A DNA stretch of 63,277 bases, the filler included, from Globobulimina sp. (Eukaryota), in assembly GCA_003354225.1 (NCBI GenBank). It is 24 parts of 24 records of this genome, joined end to end, with 100 filler letters (N's around TTAATTAATTAA, not from the genome) between each part and the next. Parts side by side here need not be neighbours in the genome. Positions count along the whole stretch, not along the records: positions 21,142 to 23,682 come from PIVH01006098.1; positions 23,783 to 26,323 come from PIVH01006099.1; positions 26,424 to 28,964 come from PIVH01006100.1; positions 29,065 to 31,605 come from PIVH01006101.1; positions 31,706 to 34,246 come from PIVH01006102.1; 19 more parts are not named here. One strand, given 5' to 3'. This document shows, one piece after another, positions 22,170 to 34,346 of the stretch. Each line of letters begins with the position of its first letter. Position 1 is the stretch's first letter. Under the pieces are notes generated by a model, which was not told the origin of the DNA, did no database searches, and worked only from the letters and a program-made list of their open reading frames with translations. A program made the position numbers and the translations under genes.

Positions 22170-23682
22170 ATGTCGTCATTAGGTGGATTCAAATCTTCTC
22201 GTACCAGAGCCAAGAAAGACCTTTTCAAAATCAAAGGTGATGTCTCTCGTATTGTTGATCAACGACCAAACATTTCTGCAATCCGTGCTGATAACTTAGG
22301 TCCACTTGAAACAGAAGTCGGTGATCTTTTTACAAAATTACAGGATAGGTTGTCTAGATTCGATGCTGCTACTGACAACGTCAACAAATGCTGCATTGAT
22401 TCCAAAGATGAAGATGCACAGGAAGAACTTCAAAACGAAATAGACGAAGAGCATGATGCTATCACAGTATTTAGAGACGATTTACTTATTCTTCGTCGTT
22501 TTCATGCTTCTATTCAACAACGAGCAGCCTCACTGCAACCTAGAGTGCCTCCACCGCCTGTAAAAGCTGAACAGGATCCAGCTCAGTTGGTTCAACTTGT
22601 AACCGCTGCAGTCGTTACTGCAATGGCACAACTACCACCTGCTCCCGTTCACGCTCCAGCTCCTGCCGCTCCTGCTGCTGCACAAGCTCCATTACATGTC
22701 AAGTTACCTAAATTTGAGATGCAAAAATTCTCTGGCAAAATTCTCAAATGGAAAGGCTTTTGGGATGAGTTCTCATCAGCAGTTCATAATGTAGCAGCAA
22801 TGTCGGCCATTAACAAGTTTCACTACTTGCGTGCTCAATTGGATGGAGACGCCCTTAAAACGGTAGCTGGCCTTCAATTTACTGCAGAAAACTACCAAGT
22901 TGCTGTTGATTTACTGACTGGTCGTTTCGGCAAAAATCAGTCAATTATTGAGGCACATTACACTGCGTTAGAAGATTTGCCTACTGCGGGAAGTAGTCAT
23001 ATCAAACTGCGTATCTTTTTCGACACTGTGGAGCAACATTTGCGCTCACTCGAGAGCCTCGGTGAAAATATTAATCTTAATCTTTTGGTTAATATAATCA
23101 AACGGAAGCTTCCACATGACGTTTTGACGCAGATCGAACGACTGAAACCTCATGCTGAGCCCTGGACTATGGTACTTTTGCGACAGTATCTAAAGCAAGA
23201 TTTAGAACTTCGTGAAACCATAAATCCAATCGACAAAAGTGACGATAAAACGTCACCAACAAAAGGCTCCGGTCCGCGCTCCAGGACTGACTTTCCTTCG
23301 GCTGACAAACCCAAATCTGTACCACCTCGACCTACTGCTGAAGCTCTTCTTAGTCGTGAACGTAACCGAATGCTGCCTGTCAGTCCATGCAAGTTTTGCG
23401 ACAAAACTGGTCATTATTATGACGACTGTCGGAAAGTCACGACTCTTGAAGCCCGACAAAAGATAATTAAAGAACTTAAGTGTTGCTTTAATTGTCTACA
23501 ATCAGGACATGTCACAAAAGAATGTCCATCGATACGAAAATGTTTCCATTGTGCTGCAGTTGGACATCATCAATCACTTTGCCCAAAGAAGTTTGGACGG
23601 AAACCTGATTCCAAACCTCCCGACAAAAGTGGCCCACCCATTAAAGAACCACATCATCTTAGTATCGGCGAAAAAGACCCTG
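22170..23682 (+). mobile_element. BEL/Pao LTR retrotransposon Gag (DUF1759 domain + three CCHC knuckles), 3' truncated
   Basis: KLPKFEMQKFSG..WKGFWDEF..KFHYLRAQLDGDA; CKFCDKTGHYYDDC, CFNCLQSGHVTKEC, CFHCAAVGHHQSLC. Confidence 0.92.
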
Positions 23683-23782
23683 NNNNNNNNNNNNNNNNNN
23701 NNNNNNNNNNNNNNNNNNNNNNNNNNTTAATTAATTAANNNNNNNNNNNNNNNNNNNNNNNNNNNNNNNNNNNNNNNNNNNN

Positions 23783-24205
23783 TCTGAATTCCTTTTCCCA
23801 AAAATCAACATGATCTTTGCGTTCTTCCTCCTTCATGCCATGTTTTTTTAGCACATTCTCACTCATTAAATTGGTAGGGACCGACATATATCTTTGCTTT
23901 CGTTTTTTTGTCGTTTGCAATGGATTATTATTCATTGATAATGGCACAATTTCATCATTAATATCCATTGATTTTGACGAAGACAATGTCCGTCTTTGTT
24001 GGAGAAATTCTTCCTTTGCTGGCGGCCTCGTGAATGGATCAGAACTTATCTGCATTGACATTGCACGGCTGACACCGCGATTATTTCCATCCGTTTGTAC
24101 GCGTCGCATCATATTATTTACAGCTGATTCGCTGAAAGAACGTGGTTGTTGATAGCCGGCGTTCCTTCCAAAGGCTGGTAAGTGCACAGGATCCATTTCG
24201 TCCAT
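23783..24205 (-). CDS. Hypothetical protein, low-complexity N-terminal part (3' truncated)
   Basis: Open frame running to the contig end; no domain recognised. Confidence 0.5.
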
Positions 24206-24259
24206 GTCTATAAAAAAAAATGTAGTTTGTTTTTCGTTTTTGTGTCGTTCGGAAACAAA

Positions 24260-25444
24260 TTAACTCAAAGATAAGTCAGCAACATCCTCAACAGACTGAT
24301 ACTTTGTTTTATATATACGACGATAAAAATAAATCCGTTCGCAAATTAATGCAAATATGGCAACAATACATAAGATAATTAGTACTCGCCATATTATCAA
24401 AGTATTGGATGAATTATTATCGTTGCTTGAATGTGATACCATATCGCCAATATTTGCCCATTTTATATTAATATAACATATAATGTGTCTATCCGCGAGA
24501 TCTGGCGTGATATATGACACTTGGATGGGATTATTCTTTGTGTCTGATATCTGATATTCATATTTATTTGGATCGATTACTAAAAATGTGTCTGTATCAA
24601 CAATTAAGTCGATAATACCAATGCGTTGGCTGTCTAATTGTGTGCATTTATACATGTCCTGTTCAGAAATATCGCCTGTTTTTATATGCGACAGAAACGC
24701 AAAGTAAAGCGGAGTGAATTATATTGTTTATTATATGAGAAACATACCAATGACGTATACAGTGATCTGACACATTATAAAATATTGCTTATTTTCTGCA
24801 GCATAGGTTATTTTATGTTGACCTATTTCATATTGGTTATGATTACCAGATATAGATACGGTGATATTTGAGGTATGATTATGTAACGTTGGAATGTCCC
24901 AAAATGCAGAGATTTCAGTGCTTGATATGTCATTTGTGATAAATGCAACATATCCTCGGGATTTAATGTGGCAGTTTTCATTGTTTATTAACCAAATTAT
25001 CTCCTCTTCGTCTGGTATGGTCGTGGTGTGTAAGGAAGTGATATCACCGATGGATGTATCTATATTTTGGTAACATACAATATTTAAAGTGATTTGTGTT
25101 CCATCATTGATTGAGTTCCATGTTGATGATATTGTATCGTTTGTAAATGTTATAGGTAGCGAGTAAATATTTGTATTGTGCTCTTGTGATAATGTGAATG
25201 ATTCATCTTTGTTGTCCCAATTGTAAAAATACCATTTATTTTCAAAGATTAATAGTTGGATTACATGTGGTGTGGGTACGGAATACCAATAATTTGTACC
25301 AAATTTTGTTTCGTTTTTAGAATATTGGTACCATCCGTTGTATGTAAATGAGTCTGGTGATACATACAAATAGTTACAGTCTGTGCTATTTATGGATGAA
25401 ACCGATGAGAGGTAACACAAAATGAAAAATGTAAGAATTGCCAT
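24260..25444 (-). CDS. Type I membrane protein with a HYR-like domain (one intron at about 24660-24745)
   Basis: Signal peptide; FWDIPT..YEIGQHKITYAA..CQITVYV (HYR-like); C-terminal TM helix and short tail. Confidence 0.65.
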
Positions 25445-25589
25445 GCTTTAATGAAGTAGTAAATGGGAAACGAAATGGCATGAACTGTGCAAGGATAATA
25501 TTGATGAAAGCTAAAACAAAAATAAATTAAAATAAACAGAGAGAGAGTAAAAGTGAAATGAATTGGAAAGACAGAGAGAGTAAAATGAG

Positions 25590-26105
25590 TCAATCAATAT
25601 AGAAATTAATGCCTTTCGATTGAGGATGAAATCCATTTTGTTCATCAGATACACTGTCTTCCTTTGCAGATAATGTATAACCTTTCTTTTCTGCGGTTGC
25701 TTTAATACAATGTTTATAACATAATAAGGACATAATTACAAAAATAATGATTGCTGTGATTAAAAACAATGTATAAACAACAAAGTGACTCTCAGGATTA
25801 TCATTTTTAATTTCGGCTTCTATTTCTTGTGAAGAAATATGTTCGTTTGGAAACATCAATTCATTTTCTTCATTATCAAACGTTGGTTGTTCTGTTGGAA
25901 AATCAGTTGGTTGATACGTTGGGAAATCAGTTGGTTGCAATTGATCATAATTTAGGTTAGGATTTGCTGCATGATTGGGGTCGGAATTCGTAATCAGTGC
26001 CTCAAGATTCATTGATAACATTAAAAATGATATTATTAGCAACATGTTTACCAGTTGGAAAATGGAAATGCTTCTTGTTGACTTAGCAACAATTAAAGTT
26101 TTCAC
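25590..26105 (-). CDS. Small single-pass membrane protein with QPTDFPT repeats
   Basis: Hydrophobic N-terminus, PT repeats, TM helix VYTLFLITAIIIFVIMSLLC. Confidence 0.6.
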   Translation of the reverse strand: MKTLIVAKSTRSISIFQLVNMLLIISFLMLSMNLEALITNSDPNHAANPNLNYDQLQPTDFPTYQPTDFPTEQPTFDNEENELMFPNEHISSQEIEAEIKNDNPESHFVVYTLFLITAIIIFVIMSLLCYKHCIKATAEKKGYTLSAKEDSVSDEQNGFHPQSKGINFYID

Positions 26106-26424
26106 ATAGTAAAAAAAAGCTAGATCATGTCGTCGTCGTTTTTTATTCCAACATCAAGCATCAAATTCAATGCGATGCAATTTTGCTTTCCAATCGATTC
26201 GGAATTGCATTCAATTAATGAGGATTTGACCATCTTTGGATATTTAAGAGTATTCAATGAATTACTCGTTTCAACCTCATATAAGATACATATCCACCGA
26301 TTAAGATTAAATATGGCAATAAANNNNNNNNNNNNNNNNNNNNNNNNNNNNNNNNNNNNNNNNNNNNTTAATTAATTAANNNNNNNNNNNNNNNNNNNNN
26401 NNNNNNNNNNNNNNNNNNNNNNNC

Positions 26425-26712
26425 TTTGGTCACGACGCAAAGAGACAATTACAAATTGCTGCTTATGCCACAGGCTTAGATACGGGATGTTGTTATGGCG
26501 GATCGCTAACTGCAGCAATTGTAAAATGCGATGACTACCACGATGACCTAATCAATGAACTGCAAGAATCGCAGTATAAAATTGAGGATTGGGAGACTAA
26601 TATTAATACTAATCGCAATGTCAGTGCCTCGGGAGTTGTTTATCGATTAATTCAACAAAAAGCAAAGGGAGTCTATAAAAATCCATATAGACAAATAACT
26701 TCAGACAATTAA
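26425..26712 (+). CDS. C-terminus of an ApaH-like metallophosphoesterase (5' truncated; absent from the ORF track)
   Basis: Manual translation [30 protein letters not shown]. Confidence 0.8.
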   Translation, partial: FGHDAKRQLQIAAYATGLDTGCCYGGSLTAAIVKCDDYHDDLINELQESQYKIEDWETNINTNRNVSASGVVYRLIQQKAKGVYKNPYRQITSDN

Positions 26713-26976
26713 ATTCAATGTTTTTTATAGTTGCTTTGTGAATGTGCATGTTTTCTATGCATTCGATTGATCGAACAAGTTTTTCCATTTAAATAAAATG
26801 AACGGGTTTTCAAATAAAGACACTACTCTATAGCTCAAAATGGTGCTTGATCATACTGTCGCTTGTAAATAGCAGTTGAGTCATAATGGTGATCATAATT
26901 TATGAAATTTTGAGTTGTTTATAATCAAATATTGATAACCGTGCACACTACTTGTTGTTGTAGAAAAAAAGAGAAT

Positions 26977-27642
26977 ATGTCTCCAAATGAAATATGTGTC
27001 AACTTATTAAGTGGTGTTACTGCATTAATTCCAAATGATGTGACATTCACAGAATTAAAAAAAAGAGCCGCCGAAGGAGATAATATGAATTTCACGCAAT
27101 TAGAAATTTACACAAATGGTGTATTAATTGATTTAAATAAATATGGCACAACAAAACTATGTGATTACCGGACTGAAGATGGTGAATTAATTTCAAAAAT
27201 CAATGTTGGTCGTTGCATTTTGTCAGGTTCAAAATTTGGAGCTGTTGATAAAATTGATGAAGAATTGGTAAATAATGCAATGAAAGAAAAGACAGCACCA
27301 ACACCAGTGTTGAGGGGATATACCGGACATGTTCCAGGAAGGAAATATTCGTACGGCATAGCAAACAGTTTAGCAGATAAAACACATACGTTACCACCAG
27401 AAATTGCAGAAAAGGAAAACAATGGAATCCATTATAAACCAGATATCACTTTAGGATATAAAGGATTTATTCGTGGCGCACAACATGTGGCTGGCAGAAC
27501 ATATAGACATTCATTACAAGCTGCTATGAATACAGATTTTGATGCTTTGGCTCAAGGTTCCGTACTACCGGTCGGTGCACAACATCCTTCGCACAGAGTT
27601 TTTAGTTTAGAAGACGTCCGTCGTCATATTAAAACATTGTAA
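26977..27642 (+). CDS. Protein with a ubiquitin-like N-terminus and FAM166/CIMIP-like GYxGxxxG repeats
   Basis: GYTGHVPGRKYSYG and GYKGFIRGAQHVAGRTY; the N-terminal pattern resembles a beta-grasp fold. Confidence 0.55.
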   Translation: MSPNEICVNLLSGVTALIPNDVTFTELKKRAAEGDNMNFTQLEIYTNGVLIDLNKYGTTKLCDYRTEDGELISKINVGRCILSGSKFGAVDKIDEELVNNAMKEKTAPTPVLRGYTGHVPGRKYSYGIANSLADKTHTLPPEIAEKENNGIHYKPDITLGYKGFIRGAQHVAGRTYRHSLQAAMNTDFDALAQGSVLPVGAQHPSHRVFSLEDVRRHIKTL

Positions 27643-27728
27643 AAAATTATTAAATAATTTTAATTTTAATTATAATTTATTCTTGAAAACACTATAAAAG
27701 AGATTTTCTTGAAGTGAGTCAGTCTTCA

Positions 27729-28868
27729 ATGGGCAACAAAAATGGAACGGGAACTGACGACAGTGTAAGTATATATTCCTCCCTTCGTTTGAATCCACCA
27801 TAACAACGTACAAAAAAAAATGGAACAAAGCGACCAAACGAAGCACCAACGTTAACATCGCAACAAGCAAATACATTGCAAAGATTATTTTCGCGCGGAT
27901 TACATCCCGATGTGTCATTATTGCCATATCAAATGAAGAGAATGAAAGTCGATGCACCGCCCAAAACAAAACAAAACCGAAAGACCATTAGAATGAAAAA
28001 TATATGTTATTTAAATAAAAAGACATTCGATTTGACTCATATTTGCGATAATAAATATAAAGTAAGTTTTGAATATTCCACTGCTCTCAATGTATATTGT
28101 TCCATTTATTTCTTTGTCAATGAGATTACCAACAAATACAACTGCACATTAACAATGGATGAAAAATATAAACGACCCATTATGCATTATGTTGACATGA
28201 AACAGGATCAAAAAGAAAGTGAGCTCGAGAATAACAGCGCAAAATGTGTGGGAACAACCTATTTATTGCAAAAAGGTTACAATTTAAGCTTTGAACAAAA
28301 TGATAGAGATTATATGGATTTGAATGCGGTGAATTATAGATTTTTTAATGAGAATCCAGCTGTGGGCTATTATCCAATTATTGTTACATTGTCATTATCG
28401 AAGCCCAAACAATCTTTGTTATGCATTCAAGATATAAATCAACATAAAAATATTGGAGCAAAACCATATGATATAACATCAAAAGAAGCACACAATGATA
28501 GCAGTGACAGCAGCATTGAATATGTGACAAAATCACTAAATTATGCAAAATTAATATTGGGTGCGGATAATTTATATTCGGCCGAAATAATATCGCAAAA
28601 AACACAGGTTAAAAATCGTGCATTTGAATCACAAGATATTTATGGTTTGGATCGGCCAAAAGATCCATATTCAAAAGAGGATAATTTGTGCGTTATTTGT
28701 ATGACAATGGCCAGGGATACGGCATTATGTCCATGTCGACATTTGTGTTTATGCAGTTCGTGTTCGCAGCAATTGCTAAAAAGAACAAATAAATGTCCTG
28801 TGTGTAGATCATGGGTATCGCACACAATAAACATAGCAAGGAATAATAACACAAATCAATTAATATAA
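27729..28868 (+). CDS. MGRN1/LOG2-type RING E3 ubiquitin ligase (intron 27765-27830)
   Basis: MGN myristoylation-type start; DIYG..CVICMT..DTALCPCRHLCLCSSC..CPVCR. Confidence 0.88.
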
Positions 28869-29064
28869 GTGTATAACTATAAGTTTATGTTTGTTTCAAA
28901 TGAAAGCTAGTCTAATATTAAACATTCAAAGTTTTTTTTTTTGAAGACTTGAATCTTTTATTAGNNNNNNNNNNNNNNNNNNNNNNNNNNNNNNNNNNNN
29001 NNNNNNNNTTAATTAATTAANNNNNNNNNNNNNNNNNNNNNNNNNNNNNNNNNNNNNNNNNNNN

Positions 29065-31605
29065 AAAAAAGAAGAAAAGGCCAAGAGAAAGAAAAACAAA
29101 AACAAAAAGAAACTGAGCAAGAAATAGAGAAAGAGCTACAAAAACAAAAAGAGCAACAATTAGAGTCAGAGCACCAAACTCAAAAAGAAAACGAGAAAGA
29201 GAGAGAAAGGGATGGCTGCGGCTTATATGACTATGATTTTCTAGATTTATTGGATAGAATGAGAGGCAGCGGCGGCAACCCCCACATCCCTCAAATAGTA
29301 TTGATTGGTTCCCGCGGATGTGGCAAGACCTCATTATTAGAAATCATCACTGGCATCAACCTTCCAAAAGGCAGACACAACCCAACCATCTGCCCCTTGG
29401 AGTTCAATATCATACGTTCCTTACACGAGAAAAACGGCGAAATCTCCTGCGATATGCATATAAAGTGGCGGTTTAACGACGAAACAAATAAATACTTTCC
29501 CAATTACGAGCAGAAAGAAGACGAAATGTTTGCTAAAATCGAAGACATTTCCTTACTAAACCACTACATCCAGCAAGCTCAAAATATGATCAATGATTCA
29601 AACGAAAACTATACGATCTCTCCAAACAGCATCGTAGTCAATGTATACGCCAACAACGTCGAAGACATTCGCATCGTAGACATGCCCGGTTGGATCAAAA
29701 AAAATTCTAAAAAAGATAGCGATAAAAGACACAAATTCTACAACGATATCTGTGATATCTATCTATCCGACACTGACAGCAACAGCAATAACATCGTTGC
29801 GTTTATATTCAACAAGTCCTTCAACAAAGCATTGATCGACAATTTCAACATCGGTCAGCATGAATGCATTGGCATTATCACCGGATTAGGTGACATCAAA
29901 TCGGAGGCGGACTGGGTCATAAAACTGCTAAAAAATGGCTACAGCCACAACAAAAAAGCAATCAATAACTTTGTCGCTATGGACACGTTCAATGATTACG
30001 ATATTTCCTCCGGTTTATCTGCCATTGACTTGAAACAACGCGAATTTGCCATACTGAGCAACCGCGAGCCGTGGAGTTATTTGTTTGAGATTCGCAATAA
30101 ATTGGGCAGTGACAATATGATGCATTTTTTAGGCGAGCTGATAATGTCCAGTATCAATGACGAGCTCTGTGCATGGAAGGAAAAATTGGATTATCGGCTG
30201 CAAAAATTAATCATCCAATTTGAAAAGTTGCCGCCAACCATCACCGCACAGGACGCCACTGCAGCGATCTCGCACATTATTCATAACTTTATCCATGAGA
30301 TTGAGAAGCATACCGACGGCGAAATTGGTTACGAAAAAACAATCCATCGGATTGAAAACAAATTTTTAATGTTGAGGAAAGAGATTATGTCCACGCGGCC
30401 ACGCTTAGCGACCAAGGGCATTGCGTCTGATATTGGCAATAATATCTACACCATTCGAGATTTGATGAAGTTAACGGCGATCACCAGGAGCAGGGATATG
30501 AAGTCACATGATATCATACACGGCGTGCGGCATTTTTTAGTGTCGTCGGTGATATCTAGTAAATGGGCGCTGCCATCGTCGCGGTGCTTATCTGCGATCC
30601 ATGGTATCATTGCGAGTTTGTTGGAGTTTTTGTCCCAGAAACATGTGCATCAATTTGTGCACTTTCAGAACAGCATTCGGCAGACTATGGCGGAGCTGTT
30701 GGGCAAAATGTTGGGCACTGCTCAGAAAGAGATCGAAACGATGTTATTTCGCGAGAAATATTCGCCCATTGTCGACATTAACACTTTCAAACAAAAATAT
30801 GAAATTTATAAGCTACGGTTGTCAAATAAGCGGCAATTGCTATCCAGCTCTGGCAATCGTACGTTGAATGAGAATTTAATTGAAATATTATCACAGTCGT
30901 GGGCTTATTTCGATATTGCATCGAATCGGTACTGCGATAATATTGTAATGGTGATACAATCGACGTTAATCACCTCGTTACACAACAAATTGCAAGAATG
31001 TTTTACAAACTCTTTTTTGACGCAAAAAGCAGAGAATTTGGAAACTTTATTGTCGCTGAACGGGACACAAAAAAAAAGAAAAAAACAATTGGTGCAGCAA
31101 TTTAAGTTATTGACCAATAATCGGAAACAAATCAATGATATGATTTACAGAAATGGTCAGAAAACCGCTGCCATTGTACAGCAGAATAGTATCCAAAATA
31201 TCTATGACATTGAATCAAATGTAAATCCCCTACAACAAATCCAGCCGTTACAAGAAGTGGATTATAACGAAGGTTACGAAGAAGACAACAGTACGAGCAT
31301 GAATATGAAAGCTATGTCCACTTCCATGTCACCGGGCGAGTCACCGTTGGACGACGCTAGCTTAGTTCCCGCTGATTTTTATAGTGATTATATTGAGAAA
31401 AAAAAGCAATTAGATTTGGTGGTGCCGAAATTAGCGCGAATTAATGCACAGTTAGAAGCACAGAAACGTGAATTGGAGAAATCCTTTGCTGTTTTAAAAA
31501 TGCAGCAGGAAAAGTTACATAATGACCAACAACATTTGAGTCAACAGCAACAGAGTATGGCTGAACAAATGGAGGAAGTGGAGAAGGAATACTTTGAGCT
31601 GGACG
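29065..31605 (+). CDS. Dynamin/Mx-like GTPase with coiled-coil extensions (partial at both ends)
   Basis: IPQIVLIGSRGCGKTSLLE, PTICPLE, IVDMPG, GED-like AYFDIASNRYCDNI; the frame is open back to the contig start. Confidence 0.85.
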
Positions 31606-31705
31606 NNNNNNNNNNNNNNNNNNNNNNNNNNNNNNNNNNNNNNNNNNNNTTAATTAATTAANNNNNNNNNNNNNNNNNNNNNNNNNNNNNNNNNNNNNNN
31701 NNNNN

Positions 31706-33519
31706 TTTATCTTCTTTCTTTTCTTCGATTTTAGGGGGTAATACGTTTGGGGCCGCTATTGGTTTTTGGTTGGATTCTGCAGTTGTTTCTGGTTTAAGTT
31801 CTTCTGTTTTTGGCTCGGCTAACTCGGCTTTGCTTGGTTTAGGTTGAGTAGGTTCTGTTTTTTTATCATCACTCACAACGTTAACTGCTTCTGCTTCTGT
31901 TGGGTCTGTAGCTTTGTCATTTTCTTTTTCCTTTTCTTTTTCTAGCTCTTTTTGTTTCTCTTTTTGCTCTCTGGCTTGTTGCAAAGCCTTCAATCGATCT
32001 TTCTCAAGTTTCTCTTTTCTTTTTTTCTCGCTATGTACATTATACAGGAATAGGAATCAAAGGCTTTGCCATTACGCAAAACGTTGACATGATTTAAAAG
32101 TACAACACTCAAAAAAAAAACTTCACTTTTCATGGCATGGCAAGTTTCCGGACAGTTTAAAAAATAGGCGCAATCATACCGTTTTTCGCGAGCCAATTTT
32201 GATTTTAACTCTTTGGGATCAATCCTTTTCTCCAATTGTTTGATCTGAAACGCCAAATAAAATTTCTTCACTTTCTCATCGTACTCCCGCCACATTTCCC
32301 GTTCCTTGCTTAATAATGCCGCATATTGCACGTATTGAGTGGCGCCAATATACTGCGCAATGCATTTCTCTTTCACTTTCCCTGTTTCTTTATGCTGATA
32401 CGGCGGTATATCGTATTTTGCATCCAATTGCATATAGTGATCGTAATTCAATTTGGCCGCACTCTCATAACTCTGCACCAAATAACAATACATTTTGTCG
32501 CAGAGCTGCTGCGTTGCGATTTCTTTAACGGACTGAAAGCCAAAATATAATTTCGCCCTCTCCTCCGCTGTGGAATTATTGCAAGAGATGCAACGCCATA
32601 ACAAATCGTAATGAATATTGTCTATTTTTCCTTTCAAAGCCTCCTTTCCGAGGATATATTTGTGCACTTTGCTAAATTCGCCATAACGCACATCATGTTT
32701 GACGAGCAAATGAATAAAATCATCCATGACATCCGATAACGTATACTCGCCATCGCCAGATATCGTGTTTAGAAAATACGCATAAAAGCCATTCTTTTCG
32801 TACTCTTTTCCTTTGTCACATTTGTGATTATCAGTGCGGTTATAAGTGTTTGTTAAAAATTGCTTGTATTCGCGCAAAATTATGCCGATATGCTCCAAAC
32901 TTTCGCAGTCTTCGATGTCGCAGATCTCCTCCTTTTCCACTTTGATGTCATCGATGTTTATCACTGGCCGGTATACTTTCTTTTTGTTGGAGGAGGAATA
33001 GGGATAATATGAGGAGTTATTGCTATAGGTATTATAACTGGATTTTTTCTCTGGTTTTTTGGGGTTTTTCACCAAATAATCCACCAATTTGGCAGTCTCG
33101 CTGCGATCTGCAGTGGCTGCATTGGTGTAGGCACGCAAGGCTTCGTCGCGGGTATAGCCCAAATTCATCACTTGCTGGATCATATGTTGCTGACTGTGTT
33201 GATGTGGTGGAGCTTGCGGCTGTGGCTGTGCCTGAGGCGGCGCTTGGAACAGGTTCGTGTTTTGCGGTGCTTGATAACGAGTGTTTGCCATTATATTTGT
33301 CGGCGGGTTGGTCGCGATGCGAGTGGGATTGGTAGGGGCTGCAAAGGGATCTGTGTCGATGTTGGCGTCATTTCTGTGATTTATTAGCCAATTTGCGGCT
33401 GCGTTTAAATCTGTGGGATGTGCGACTAATGCTCGCATGCATGCATTTCGCGAACCTAAATTTAAAATTAATAGTTGTGTGAGTTGGGTTGTATTTATTT
33501 GATCTGCGCTGGTCGCCAT
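31706..33519 (-). CDS. Protein with two UBA-like domains (intron near 32031-32121; 3' truncated)
   Basis: LTQLLILNLGSRNACMRALVA..DLNAAANWL and IQQVMNLGYTRDEALRAY..LVDYL. Confidence 0.7.
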
Positions 33520-33927
33520 TTTGTTGCAACAGTCGACTACAATGAAAATTTAAGTTAGCTTAACAAAGTTTTTGTTCACCTTCGATCCAAAACTAAAACG
33601 AACATTCCAACCTAACAGCCCTACGAAGTACTTGTCGAAGTACAATAAACAACAAGAATAAACTAATACTATTTTGTGAAGATATGGGCAATTTAGTGCC
33701 GGAAAATGCTTGTCCAGAGGTCGAGGTGCCGGATGAATATAATTTTTCAAGTTTTGGGATAAAAACAAATATCGAGTGGGCGTATTTAATTTGGTTTTTC
33801 GTGTTTATCCCGATGTTATTTGTCTCGTATGGCTTGGTACGTTGTATGGGCAAATTATCTACAAATTATAAATTCCAAAGCTAACTGCCTATCAAAAATT
33901 AGCTTCCAAACTTTAAAAACCTCTAAT

Positions 33928-34246
33928 GAGGCTTTAAGCATCACAGAGCAAAATAAGCGGTTGAAGGTAGTAGATGTCTGTACGGGCAGCGGTTGTATTG
34001 CGGTAACATTAGCCAAACAACTACCCCAAGCTGAGATTACGGCCATCGATATTTTGCCCGAAGCGCTGACTGTGGCGGAACAAAATGCGGCTCAGCATGA
34101 TGTATTGAGCCAAATTACCTTTGTTGAGGGCGACATGTTGCAATCGGTGGTTGAGCCGGTGGATTTGATTGTGAGCAATCCGCCGTATGTTAGCCAGCCG
34201 GAACTGACGGCAACCGGGCCAGAAGTGCAACAGTACGAGCCATCGC
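33928..34246 (+). CDS. prmC: Bacterial-type release-factor glutamine methyltransferase fragment
   Basis: VDVCTGSGCIAV, IDILPEAL.VA..NA, DLIVSNPPYV, V..YEP; visibly higher GC than the flank; 5' half missing. Confidence 0.85.
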
Positions 34247-34346
34247 NNNNNNNNNNNNNNNNNNNNNNNNNNNNNNNNNNNNNNNNNNNNTTAATTAATT
34301 AANNNNNNNNNNNNNNNNNNNNNNNNNNNNNNNNNNNNNNNNNNNN

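Noticed and set aside
18705-23682. Functional cluster of AdoMetDC/hcp with the BEL/Pao element, or any other cross-linker synteny
   Set aside because: The contigs are unrelated and ordered only by length
26826-26900. TAGCTCAAAATGG A-box-like sequence as a fifth tRNA-like copy
   Set aside because: No B-box/T-arm and no acceptor stem follows
33820-33927. N-terminal part of the 160-aa ORF as a PrmC targeting peptide
   Set aside because: Composition changes abruptly and the N-terminal half of PrmC is missing; more likely a chance open frame across a junction
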